This document shows positions 25,611 through 34,416 of a DNA stretch of 64,000 bases, in pieces (position 1 is the first letter of the stretch; every line of letters begins with the position of its first letter). Where the stretch lies: positions 17,208-81,207 of the forward strand of contig CAZYNU010000001.1 in the NCBI GenBank assembly GCA_964648045.1, given 5' to 3'. The stretch comes from an uncultured Candidatus Peribacteria bacterium (GTDB lineage Bacteria; Patescibacteriota; Gracilibacteria; Peribacterales; Peribacteraceae). The position numbers and the translations under genes are program-made. The notes under the pieces are model-generated. The model was not told the origin of the DNA, searched no databases, and saw only the letters and a list, made by a program, of their open reading frames with translations.

Positions 25611-27080
25611 ATGTCGCTCTACCGCGCCTACCGCCCCCACACACTGGCCGATGTCATTGGCCAAGATCACATCGTGGGCATCTTAGAAAAGAGCCTGGAA
25701 CAGGACCGCCTGTCGCATGCCTACCTGTTCTCTGGTCCACGCGGCACGGGCAAAACGTCGGTAGCACGTATCTTGGCGCGCGCACTGCTCACGCGCGGCA
25801 CCGACGAAGCGCGCCGCGCCCAATTGCTCAAAGGTATTGAAGAAAACAGCCTGGTCGACCTAGTGGAAATCGACGCCGCCTCCAATCGCCGCATCGACGA
25901 CGTACGTGCGCTCTTAGAGGGAATCGTCTTTCCGCCCGTGGCTGCCGCCGCCAAGGTCTACATCGTGGATGAGGTGCATATGCTCACTAAAGAAGCGTTC
26001 AACGCCCTGCTCAAGACATTGGAGGAGCCGCCGCCGTACGCCTTTTTCATTCTGGCCACCACCGAACTGCACAAAGTACCGCCCACCATCCAATCGCGCT
26101 GCCAGCGCTTCCAGTTCCGTCAAATTCGAGAGGAAGACATCATACGCCGCCTGCAAACGGTGGCCGATGCCGAGAAGATCGATATTGATCGCCCCGCCCT
26201 GCGCGCCGTGGCAACCATCGCGCGTGGCGGCATGCGCGACGCCCTCTCGCTCCTCGATCAGCTGCGCTCACTGCCAAGCATTCGCGACACCGACGTGGCC
26301 GAGCGCATCGGCGAAAGCGGACATGCCCAGGCGGCAGCCCTCCTTAGCGCCGTGGAAGCGGGTGACAGCGGCGCTATTCTGCACCTAACGGCCGACTTGG
26401 AGCGCCTGGCCGTACCGCCGGAGAACGTCCTGAGAATCATTCTGGAAACGCTGCGAGAGAACTTGCCCGCCGCCCTGCCCCAGCCCGCCGCGGCCGCCCG
26501 CGCCATGAGTCGCCTGGACGCCATCTTGTGGTGCTTGAGGGAGCTTCGCACCTCGCCCGCACCAATGATTGCCCTAGAGGCGGGACTGCTTCGCGCTGCC
26601 GGTTTCGGTTCGGAACCAGCGGCCCAGCATGTTCCGACCGCCCCTCCGGTCGCCACTCCCCCACCCGCCGCCGCGCTCGCCAGGAAAACGACACCCACCC
26701 CGCCGCCCGCCGAAACACCAATACCCACTCCGGTCGCACCCGCCGTCTCGGCCGTTATCGAGGCACCAGCACTCGATTTAGACAGTCTGCGTCAGGCCTG
26801 GGCTGGGATCGCCGCCAAAGTGGAACCATCATCGGCGCGCATGTCACTCAAAGACGCGCGTCTCACGGGCATGGAAGGAACGACGATCACGCTCACGTTC
26901 AGCTCACGCTTCCATCGCGATAAATCTGCCACCGCCGAAGGTAGCCGCTCGTTGGAAGGTCTCTTGCAAGACGCCTTCAAGGTGCCGATCCGAGTCAATT
27001 TTGTGGTAGACGGCGTCAGCACTGGCCAAACCGAGCGCGAGGTTGTGAATGTGGCCGCCATGGCAGCGGAGATTTTCTGA
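25611..27080 (+). CDS. dnaX: DNA polymerase III subunit gamma/tau
   Basis: 489 aa. GPRGTGKTS Walker A, YIVDEVHML Walker B and SRCQRF sensor motif. Confidence 0.9.
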   Translation: MSLYRAYRPHTLADVIGQDHIVGILEKSLEQDRLSHAYLFSGPRGTGKTSVARILARALLTRGTDEARRAQLLKGIEENSLVDLVEIDAASNRRIDDVRALLEGIVFPPVAAAAKVYIVDEVHMLTKEAFNALLKTLEEPPPYAFFILATTELHKVPPTIQSRCQRFQFRQIREEDIIRRLQTVADAEKIDIDRPALRAVATIARGGMRDALSLLDQLRSLPSIRDTDVAERIGESGHAQAAALLSAVEAGDSGAILHLTADLERLAVPPENVLRIILETLRENLPAALPQPAAAARAMSRLDAILWCLRELRTSPAPMIALEAGLLRAAGFGSEPAAQHVPTAPPVATPPPAAALARKTTPTPPPAETPIPTPVAPAVSAVIEAPALDLDSLRQAWAGIAAKVEPSSARMSLKDARLTGMEGTTITLTFSSRFHRDKSATAEGSRSLEGLLQDAFKVPIRVNFVVDGVSTGQTEREVVNVAAMAAEIF

Positions 27081-27133
27081 CCCTCAAACGCCGCCGAACA
27101 TTCAGATGACGCCTGCCGCGCAAATTGTGTCAC

Positions 27134-27706
27134 TCACTGCGCCTTTTCCAGCTGTGCGAAGCTGATGAGACGCTTGAGCGCCGGATCGTAGAGGACCACG
27201 GTGCGCAGAGTGCCGTCGGTCGCGGTGCCGGCCGGAAGCGGTAGTGTCATGGCGCCGAATGGCGTGGGTAATGGACCAAGATCAACGGCCGACGCATCTG
27301 GAAAGGCATCATCACGCGGATCAACAACACCCGAAAGATAGATGTGAGGCGTGGGCGTGGGCGGCATAACGAAGGACGGACCAACAAAGAGTGTTGCAGG
27401 AAGGAGCAGCACCGACCCCATCACATCGTCATCGGCAGGCACAAAGGTGCCGAGCCACCCTCCCTGCATGGCGGCCTGGGCATCTTGCGCAGTGCGAATG
27501 GCGGCCTGCTTATAGGGCGTCAAACTGCCCGTGGCGGCTTTGCCGGCAATCTCGATATCGGTCAAATGCTGCACCAATAGCGACTCTCGGGCATAGACGT
27601 AGAGCGGGTTCTGTTCGAGTGTCTGCGACGACGGAAAGTGGGCGGCGCCACAAGCGGCAAGGGCGAGGGCGGTAACGGCAACGAAAGGCAGGTGGATGAT
27701 GCGCAT
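27134..27706 (-). CDS. Lipoprotein, possibly DM13-like domain
   Basis: The start is trimmed to MRIIHLPFVAVTALALAAC (lipobox). The C-terminal half loosely resembles DM13 domains. Confidence 0.45.
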   Translation of the reverse strand: MRIIHLPFVAVTALALAACGAAHFPSSQTLEQNPLYVYARESLLVQHLTDIEIAGKAATGSLTPYKQAAIRTAQDAQAAMQGGWLGTFVPADDDVMGSVLLLPATLFVGPSFVMPPTPTPHIYLSGVVDPRDDAFPDASAVDLGPLPTPFGAMTLPLPAGTATDGTLRTVVLYDPALKRLISFAQLEKAQ

Positions 27707-27741
27707 ACTCTCCAAGCCTACTGGAAAAACCCCCACAGCGG

Positions 27742-29871
27742 TCAAGCCGCTTGCCGCGTCGTATCCGGACGGAACGCGACGTCGTGACGCTGAAGCACGC
27801 CAAGATGGTGCAAAAAACCCTCGTGAAGCTGCCGAGCCTGCTGCTGACGCTCGTCGGAAATGGACTCACCATCGTGACGTAAAACCAAGGCTGTCTTGTC
27901 GTCCTCTCGACGATCAAGCGTCTCAACGGCGCGCTGAATATCCGCCGTTTTCTTCGCCTCCACCGCCACGGCCTTCACGGCCTGCTTCTGCGGCTTATTA
28001 GGCGCAGATTTGGCGGTAGCGGTTTTCTTGGCGTCGCGCTGGACCGGCTTTCTAGCAGGTGCGGTGGCCGACACAGGCTTTTTCTCGAGCTTTGGCGCCT
28101 CCTGCCTCCGCGGAACGAGAGCAGCAGCCGACTTGGGAGCCACGGCCTCATCTGCGCGGTCGCCTTCTTCTGCCGCCTTGTCTTCGCCCTCTTCGTCGTC
28201 ATCATCGTCCTCAACGGCGACGGGCGTGACGACTTCCTGTTCTTCGCCATCTTCGTCCAACTCCACCTCTTCTAGCTCCATCTGGTCGCCCTGCTTGTCC
28301 TCATCTGCATCGTCTTCGTTCACCTTTCCTTCCTCGTCGTCATCGCCCTCGGCAGCCACAGGCACCGGCTTCTTCGCATCTTGTACGGACGCGGGGGCGA
28401 TGACGGCTAACGTCGGCTGCCTCTTGGCGGCAGGCACGGGCTCAGCCGGCTGCTCGGCAATGGGCTCGCCGGATTTGGCGGGGAGGGCACTCTTGGAAAC
28501 AGCCTGCTGCTTGGCCTGCTCAACTATACGACCACGCTCCAGGCGCTCGGCGAAGGAGGCAAAACGCCCGGCACCGCCGGCCAATGCCGCCTCGTAGGCG
28601 GTCGCAAGGGGCTTGGAACCGATGGCCTTCACCTGCCGCTCCAAGGCCTGGCGCGACTCCTCGATGGCCTCCTCTTTTTGACCGGCGATCTCGGCTTCGT
28701 CCACGCTATGCATGAGCGTCATCAGTGTCGTGCGGCGCGGATCGAGACGCTCGAGAGTCTCAATGTGCACTTTGGCGGCCTTCCAATCACCAGCGGCAAG
28801 CGCTGCCTTTACGGCTGCCTCTTCGGCATCAGCCGCCCGACATCGCGCCTCTTCCGCATCGCGGGCAACCGACGCAGCTCGTGCGGCGTTACGGACGCTC
28901 TCGATGTACGCCGCCCGACCGGCCACAGAAAGCTGTAGGAACGATGCGGGCGTACGGCGATAGAAAGCCGCGGGCATGTGCGCCGAAAAGCGATCGAGAA
29001 CGCCTTCCGCCTCGTCGTAATCGGCACGCAATTGCTCGGCACGAGCGATCTCGTAACGCAATACCGACCGTTCAAAACGCTCGATGTCCTTCGCATTCTC
29101 GGCCTGATCGAAGGCACGGCCAAGCATGCGGTAGGCCTCATCGAGCGGCAAGCAGGCCTTAGTGCCGCTCGCCCGGGCAACAAGCTGGTGCTTCAACTTG
29201 CTGTGCGCCTCGTCCAGCTCGCCCGAAAGTTGGCGCAGGTCTTCGCGGAACGAAGCCAAGGCCGTGCGACGCGACGAGAGCGACAGATTCAGAAAAACGG
29301 CGTCGTCGCGCAGGGTGTAACTCGCGGGAATACGCTGGGCATGTGCCTCCTTCAATAACTGGTCACGCTCCAGCCGAACGGCGATAGCTCGGTCGATCTC
29401 GATGGGCAAAATCTGCTGAATTTGACTCTCTTTATGCTTATAGTCGTAGGAGGGACTACGGTAGAACAACTCCCACTCGGCCGCATCGCGCTGGCTGATG
29501 GAACCGCGACCGCGATCTAGTTCGCGCTCCATGCGGGAGTGCAGTACGCGCGCCGACTGCAAATGCTCGCTGAAGAGCATGCGCACGAAACGCTCCCAAC
29601 CAGCCACCTCGTCTTCCTCCTCCGAAATGTATTGCAAACCCGAGAGGAGATTCTGATGGTCGGAAGCACCGGCTGCGCCCATTTCATTAAAGGTGATGTG
29701 GGCATAGAGACCAACGCGGGTCTTGATACGTTGAATGCGTCGCTGAAGCTGTCGCTGTGACTGCTTTTCAGCATGCTCTTGTCTCTTCTCTTCCTCCATA
29801 GCCAGCACGAAGGCATCCTCCGTGTCGTGGTCCAGCTCGTCTTCGCCGGCGGTGGGATGGTGGGACACCAT
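27742..29871 (-). CDS. Large acidic / coiled-coil hypothetical protein (710 aa)
   Basis: The start is trimmed to MVSHHPTAGEDE because the listed 852-aa ORF overlaps dcd on the opposite strand. It has a central D/E-rich tract and a K/A/P-rich region. No known motif. Confidence 0.6.
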   Translation of the reverse strand: MVSHHPTAGEDELDHDTEDAFVLAMEEEKRQEHAEKQSQRQLQRRIQRIKTRVGLYAHITFNEMGAAGASDHQNLLSGLQYISEEEDEVAGWERFVRMLFSEHLQSARVLHSRMERELDRGRGSISQRDAAEWELFYRSPSYDYKHKESQIQQILPIEIDRAIAVRLERDQLLKEAHAQRIPASYTLRDDAVFLNLSLSSRRTALASFREDLRQLSGELDEAHSKLKHQLVARASGTKACLPLDEAYRMLGRAFDQAENAKDIERFERSVLRYEIARAEQLRADYDEAEGVLDRFSAHMPAAFYRRTPASFLQLSVAGRAAYIESVRNAARAASVARDAEEARCRAADAEEAAVKAALAAGDWKAAKVHIETLERLDPRRTTLMTLMHSVDEAEIAGQKEEAIEESRQALERQVKAIGSKPLATAYEAALAGGAGRFASFAERLERGRIVEQAKQQAVSKSALPAKSGEPIAEQPAEPVPAAKRQPTLAVIAPASVQDAKKPVPVAAEGDDDEEGKVNEDDADEDKQGDQMELEEVELDEDGEEQEVVTPVAVEDDDDDEEGEDKAAEEGDRADEAVAPKSAAALVPRRQEAPKLEKKPVSATAPARKPVQRDAKKTATAKSAPNKPQKQAVKAVAVEAKKTADIQRAVETLDRREDDKTALVLRHDGESISDERQQQARQLHEGFLHHLGVLQRHDVAFRPDTTRQAA

Positions 29872-29949
29872 GGGCCGCCCAGCATAGCAGATGGACGCCA
29901 GCGCCAACTGCCCTTGAGCCGGATCACCGGCAACCTCTATCCTGCGCCT

Positions 29950-30540
29950 ATGATTCTCTCTGATCGAGATATTAAGGAAGAAATCCGCAGCGGCCGCGTG
30001 AAGATCGATAGCGACCAGACGCTGGAGCAGATGCACATCGCTGCCTCCAGCTTGGACCTGCGTCTGGGAAACACCTTCAAGCTCTACGAGCACAGCCGCT
30101 TCGCCATTTTGGATCCCATGAAACCCGAATCGTTCGCGGGCAATATGCGCACCATCGTGGTGCCCTCGGGCGAGCCCTTCATCGTGCAGCCGGGCGAGTT
30201 CGTGCTGGGCGTCACCTGCGAGACTGTGACGGTGCCCGACGATTTGGTGGTGCGTGTGGAAGGACGCAGCTCGCTTGGCCGCCTGGGCATCATCATCCAC
30301 TCCACCGCCGGCTTCGTGGACCCGGGCTTTTCGGGCACGATCACGCTCGAAATCAGCAACTTGAACCGCCTGCCCGTGGCGCTCTACCCCGGCATGCGCA
30401 TCTGCCAGATCGCCTTCGAGAAGATGACCAGCCCGGCCGAGACACCCTACAATAAGAAGGTCGGCAGCAAGTACCAGGGCCAGGTTCTACCGGAAGAGAG
30501 CCGCCTAGCGGCGGATATGGAGTTCATGAAAAAGGTCTGA
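29950..30540 (+). CDS. dcd: dCTP deaminase
   Basis: The start is trimmed to MILSDRDIKEEI. GFVDPGFSGTITLE and the overall Dcd pattern are present. TATCCT (29938-29943) lies 6 nt before the ATG. Confidence 0.9.
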   Translation: MILSDRDIKEEIRSGRVKIDSDQTLEQMHIAASSLDLRLGNTFKLYEHSRFAILDPMKPESFAGNMRTIVVPSGEPFIVQPGEFVLGVTCETVTVPDDLVVRVEGRSSLGRLGIIIHSTAGFVDPGFSGTITLEISNLNRLPVALYPGMRICQIAFEKMTSPAETPYNKKVGSKYQGQVLPEESRLAADMEFMKKV

Positions 30541-30543
30541 CGC

Positions 30544-30575
30544 AAAAAAGCCCACTTCCCAATCGGGAAGTGGGC
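30544..30575 (-). terminator. Intrinsic terminator of the SpoVG-like gene
   Basis: GCCCACTTCCC-loop-GGGAAGTGGGC (11 bp), followed by TTTTTT on the minus strand. Confidence 0.7.
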
Positions 30576-30588
30576 GGTTGAAAGGTGA

Positions 30589-31074
30589 TCAGACGACCAA
30601 GCGAAGGTGACTGGCCGGCATGAAGAGGATGTCATCCGGCGTAGTGGCTGCCGAATCGTAATCGTCGTAGCGGCAGGAATAGCCAGGGCACTGCGCCAGC
30701 GCCAGTTCGCGCGTGTACGCTGCCACGATGATGGCTTGAAGCGAATTCCGCGCGCCCGCGCAGACGGGGTGGGCGATATCGGCATGCAACTTCTGGCGGC
30801 CATCGGCTGCCGCCGTGGGATCGAGGTGTAACTTCCCACCGCAATCGTTGCAGAATCGAGCCCGGAGGTGGTTTTTACCACCACAATTCGGTGCCGGGCA
30901 GCGCCCGGTCAGCTTGCGACTCGGCATGGCGACGAACAGCCCCTTCGTGCCCTCGATGATCTTCAGGTCTCGAACGACGAACGCATTGTCGAAGCCGACT
31001 GAGGCGAAGGCACGAAGGCGCTCTTCGGCGACATCGGACATGAGCTTAATACGGACTTCGGTAACCAGGATCAT
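30589..31074 (-). CDS. spoVG: SpoVG-like protein with an inserted CxxC...CxxC zinc-ribbon and a C-terminal extension
   Basis: 161 aa. The SpoVG core is present (VTEVRIKL..., [30 protein letters not shown]), interrupted by [26 protein letters not shown]. Confidence 0.75.
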   Translation of the reverse strand: MILVTEVRIKLMSDVAEERLRAFASVGFDNAFVVRDLKIIEGTKGLFVAMPSRKLTGRCPAPNCGGKNHLRARFCNDCGGKLHLDPTAAADGRQKLHADIAHPVCAGARNSLQAIIVAAYTRELALAQCPGYSCRYDDYDSAATTPDDILFMPASHLRLVV

Positions 31075-31286
31075 GGCTGTAGACTCCTGATGGTTTGAAA
31101 TGTCCCGCTCACCATCCTAGGCCTGTCGGGCGATTTCGCAATTTTAGAATTTACCCCCTTGCCGAGTCGGTTTTTGGTACACTGCGGCGCGCCTGGACAA
31201 CAAGCTCAGCCAAGCCCTCAAGCACCCGCGCCAGGCAGCGTTCCGAACGCTCGCCCCGTCGACCATCATTCCCATCACCGCACTCT

Positions 31287-31363
31287 GGACGATTAGCTCA
31301 GCTGGTTAGAGCGTTCGATTCACATTCGAAAGGTCACTGGTTCGAATCCAGTATCGTCCACCA
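31287..31363 (+). tRNA. tRNA-Val (anticodon CAC), CCA encoded
   Basis: Cloverleaf by eye: acceptor GGACGAT/ATCGTCC, anticodon stem TTCGA/TCGAA with loop TTCACAT, T-arm ACTGG-TTCGAAT-CCAGT. Confidence 0.9.
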
Positions 31364-31569
31364 GACAACTCGCCCATCGGGAACAGGCTCGCAACCACAC
31401 GCCATTTGGAGCCATATTTGGCGTTCAAAAAATTGAAAACATCCGCCAAGCACGAACGTATTTTGACGACAAACACTCTGCCGTTTATCATGAATTTATA
31501 ATGGTATTTTACATCATAGTCAAGTTACGACAGCGAGTGACTTTCTACAGGCATGAAAAAGGGGCAGAG

Positions 31570-32298
31570 ATGACAAAGCAATCGAATCGGGCCGCCGCGA
31601 CACTCTTTACACTCCTCGAAGAGGAAGGCATGCCCGCGGAGGCATGGCAAGTCCTCATCGACAAACCCGAGTGGCGCAGCCTCATCATCGCCCACTGGAA
31701 GGTGCTGGCGCAAAGTGCGGTGGTGACCGAAATCGCCCCGTCATTTAGTCATCACGCACGAGAGATCAACGTGCTGCTCAACCTTGGATATACCGAGGAC
31801 CAGTGCGCCGCGTTCGGTCCGCCGCCAGAGCGCCTGCCGGGCTTTCTCAGTTTCTTCGATCCTGGCTGGAGCCTCGAGCAGCTCCACAAACACTGCCAGC
31901 AGAAGAAGTGGACCTTGTACAACACGCGCTACCAACGCTGCAAGGGTCAGAAGTTCATCAAAAAGGAGGAGGAGCCCGGCTACAGACAAATCCGCATGGA
32001 GGCGATCCCAGGCTCGCGGAGCAAGTCTTTCCACACCCAGAAAATGCTACTGCTCGATACTGAGGAAATTCCACCTGCCCGGCAGGTGATCATGGGCATG
32101 GTCATTCACTATCAACTGGCCGACCAGTGGCTATTTCCGTCGTCGTACGTCCGCTGCCTTGGGAATGACGAAAGCCATATCGTCTGCGTCGGCTGGTTTA
32201 GTTCAAGAGGCCTCAATCTAAACGGCCATTTAGACCACGCCAATCGTTATTCCGATGTGGGCATCGCGCCCGCGAAGAAGTTCACCACGCAGTCCTAA
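31570..32298 (+). CDS. Hypothetical protein (242 aa)
   Basis: The start is trimmed to MTKQSNR after AAAAGGGG (SD-like). GC appears lower than in the neighbours. It has its own terminator and no recognisable motif. Confidence 0.55.
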   Translation: MTKQSNRAAATLFTLLEEEGMPAEAWQVLIDKPEWRSLIIAHWKVLAQSAVVTEIAPSFSHHAREINVLLNLGYTEDQCAAFGPPPERLPGFLSFFDPGWSLEQLHKHCQQKKWTLYNTRYQRCKGQKFIKKEEEPGYRQIRMEAIPGSRSKSFHTQKMLLLDTEEIPPARQVIMGMVIHYQLADQWLFPSSYVRCLGNDESHIVCVGWFSSRGLNLNGHLDHANRYSDVGIAPAKKFTTQS

Positions 32299-32310
32299 CG
32301 ACTTGCGTCC

Positions 32311-32346
32311 CCCCGCCATAACAACTGTGATGGCGGGGATTTTTTG
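32311..32346 (+). terminator. Intrinsic terminator
   Basis: CCCCGCCAT-loop-ATGGCGGGG followed by ATTTTTT. Confidence 0.7.
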
Positions 32347-32474
32347 CGTGCTGACGGGCGCCGCCTTAGTCGTGATCGTGCGGCTGGCGCAGGGCATCTG
32401 ACGCGCACAAAAAGAAGGGGCCCACCATGCGGTGTTCCCCCGGGATCTGTTTCCAGTGGCGTCGGTGACACCGG

Positions 32475-32915
32475 TCAATCGATCTTGGTCTCCTCCTTTT
32501 TGATCGTTGGACGCGTCCAGTCTTGCCAAGCGACCTTGGCTGCGAAGATCAACGCCGTGACGAGCGGCCAGGCCGCGACACCCAGGCCGACGGCCCAACC
32601 CGCCGACTGCTCCGCGCCGACGGCCGAGCCGATCCAGAGACCGATGAGCCACGCCACGATCGGCAAGGCCCGGAATCCGCTCTCGAGGAAAATCAGGACC
32701 ATCTTCATCGCCCCGTCCTTGAGATCCGCGCCGAAGTCGGCGGGCACCCGACGCACCAAGCGCTTGCCGACGAGCCAGCCCGCGACGGCGACGATGCTGA
32801 ATGCCAGCATCAACAGCGCCCAGGGCAGATGCTGCGCGCCGTAGAAGGCGGCCGCGAAGCCGGTGGCGCCGCCAATGAGCGCGCCGACGACCATCCAGAT
32901 CCAATCACTCTTCAT
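32475..32915 (-). CDS. Integral membrane hypothetical protein
   Basis: The start is trimmed to MKSDWIWMVVGALIGG. About four hydrophobic helices. Confidence 0.55.
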   Translation of the reverse strand: MKSDWIWMVVGALIGGATGFAAAFYGAQHLPWALLMLAFSIVAVAGWLVGKRLVRRVPADFGADLKDGAMKMVLIFLESGFRALPIVAWLIGLWIGSAVGAEQSAGWAVGLGVAAWPLVTALIFAAKVAWQDWTRPTIKKEETKID

Positions 32916-33015
32916 TCCCTCAATACCTCGCACCAAACCAAGCCGATCGCAGTGAAGAAACAGCAATCGCAAAATAAACTAAAAAATTATAATGTCAATT
33001 ATTACCCATGCATCC

Positions 33016-33375
33016 TCACTGCCCACGGCAGGCTCGACGCTGTTCCAACGTGAAGCAAGAGCCCTCGGGGCCGGCACCGGCGAAGATGCAGAGTGTGCCT
33101 TGCGGGCAACTGCGATCTGTCCGACTACAGGCAGCTTGCGGCTGGCAATCACCAGACCAATCAGCAGGCGGCACAACGGCACCACTCCCCTTGGGCGCGC
33201 GAGGCGTTTTGACAGCCGGTTTCTTCGTACCCTTCGCAGGTGGTTGTGCACGGGAAGAGGACGAATCGGGCGTGCCGTCGTTATAGGGCGGAGCGATGGC
33301 GGCGCTGCAGGCCGAAAGCGACAGTAGACAAGCGCTGGCCAGCGCGAATGAACGCAGGGAGAACATGGACGGCAT
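33016..33375 (-). CDS. Small secreted/lipoprotein hypothetical
   Basis: 119 aa. Signal with LSLSAC lipobox, a P/K-rich linker and a Cys-containing C-terminus. Confidence 0.5.
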   Translation of the reverse strand: MPSMFSLRSFALASACLLSLSACSAAIAPPYNDGTPDSSSSRAQPPAKGTKKPAVKTPRAPKGSGAVVPPADWSGDCQPQAACSRTDRSCPQGTLCIFAGAGPEGSCFTLEQRRACRGQ

Positions 33376-33460
33376 CGTACTGACGATGGAAGCCTAGAAA
33401 CAACGGACAAGACACGTATTTATGGTTCTATGGGCTGTTTCTAACGATCAGACTGGAATA

Positions 33461-33493
33461 TTGACAGAAAACACAATACATGATTAATTGTGT
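33461..33493 (+). promoter_or_regulatory. Promoter TTGACA-17 nt-(TGa)TTAATT overlapped by inverted repeat ACACAAT-N9-ATTGTGT
   Basis: Consensus -35 at 33461-33466 and an extended -10-like element at 33481-33489. The inverted repeat at 33471-33493 spans the spacer and the -10. Confidence 0.45.
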
Positions 33494-33574
33494 ATTAGTC
33501 CGAGCCGCACCGTGCGGCATTCACAGCATCGGCTCCGAAAGAGACCGAGAGACCCAACCCGAAGGAGAGAGACC

Positions 33575-34219
33575 GTGTCCGACCAACCCCGCGGCGTGTT
33601 CGCCGCCATCCTGCACCACCCGAGCAAGAGCATCCTGCTGAGCTGGCGAGCCTTCGGCCCCACCCAGGGACAGGTGTGTCTCATCGGCGGAGGCGTCGAT
33701 GAGACCGAGACCGACGAAGCCTGCCTGATCCGCGAGGCGCACGAAGAGGCCGAGATCCAGGTCCGCGTCGGCGTCATGCTGGGCTCGCCGCTCGTCTTCG
33801 GCACCGACACCGCCGTCTGCTACCTCGCCGAGATCCTTAGCGGTCAGCCCCAACCCAGCGCCGAGGCCGAATACCACCGATACTGCACCGAGGCCGAGAT
33901 CCGCCAGGGCTACTGGCTCAAGACGCACGACGACGAACTGGCCCTACAGGAGGGCATCGGCATGTCCTGCGGACAGAGCCACGAACCCATCCGCATCGTC
34001 GGCCCGACCGACAAACTGGGCCGCACCGGCCGCTTCATCTGGGACGCGTTGTCCTTGTTCCAGTCGCCCGAAGAGTCCCCCAACCCCAACACGATCCACC
34101 CGAGCCTGGGCCTGAGCAACGACGGCCTCTGGATCGTGGACACCAGCGACATCACGTTGCGCCGGTACCGCCGTCTCGACCCGTACACCGCGAGCGGCTA
34201 CATGGAACCGCAGAGCTGA
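33575..34219 (+). CDS. Nudix hydrolase with C-terminal extension
   Basis: GTG start 8 nt after GAAGGAGAG. Nudix box GGGVDETETDEACLIREAHEEAEI. Confidence 0.7.
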   Translation: MSDQPRGVFAAILHHPSKSILLSWRAFGPTQGQVCLIGGGVDETETDEACLIREAHEEAEIQVRVGVMLGSPLVFGTDTAVCYLAEILSGQPQPSAEAEYHRYCTEAEIRQGYWLKTHDDELALQEGIGMSCGQSHEPIRIVGPTDKLGRTGRFIWDALSLFQSPEESPNPNTIHPSLGLSNDGLWIVDTSDITLRRYRRLDPYTASGYMEPQS

Positions 34220-34244
34220 CAAAAATCGGAGCCGCCAACCCTTA

Positions 34245-34274
34245 CCCCGCCACACCGTGGCGGGGCTCTTTTTT
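34245..34274 (+). terminator. Intrinsic terminator
   Basis: CCCCGCCAC-ACC-GTGGCGGGG followed by CTCTTTTTT. Confidence 0.7.
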
Positions 34275-34301
34275 GCCTGCCGGAAAAGACGGAACAAAAT
34301 T

Positions 34302-34329
34302 TTGACATCAGTGTTTTTTCCTGTTCAAT
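34302..34329 (+). promoter_or_regulatory. Promoter TTGACA-16 nt-TTCAAT
   Basis: Upstream of the MFS gene, followed by a CGAATGA-N6-TCATTCG leader hairpin. Confidence 0.45.
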
Positions 34330-34416
34330 CGCCGGACGAATGATTTCGGTCATTCGCGTTCTTTCCACCGTCCGGACCCAACACCCGACTCACCACCCGA
34401 CCGCCAAGGAGATGTG

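Noticed and set aside
25611-27080. Programmed -1 frameshift site in dnaX
   Set aside because: I saw no A AAA AAG-type slippery heptamer within the gene by eye, so the tau/gamma mechanism cannot be inferred.
29872-30300. The N-terminal 143 codons of the listed 852-aa minus-strand ORF
   Set aside because: This part overlaps the well-supported dcd gene on the opposite strand and translates to low-complexity H/A/G/R-rich sequence. An in-frame ATG at 29871 gives a sensible divergent arrangement.
31075-31286. A promoter for tRNA-Val (TTGCCG ... TACACT near 31165-31195)
   Set aside because: The spacer between the candidate -35 and -10 is only about 13 nt, and the leader would be about 100 nt. This is not convincing enough to report as a feature.
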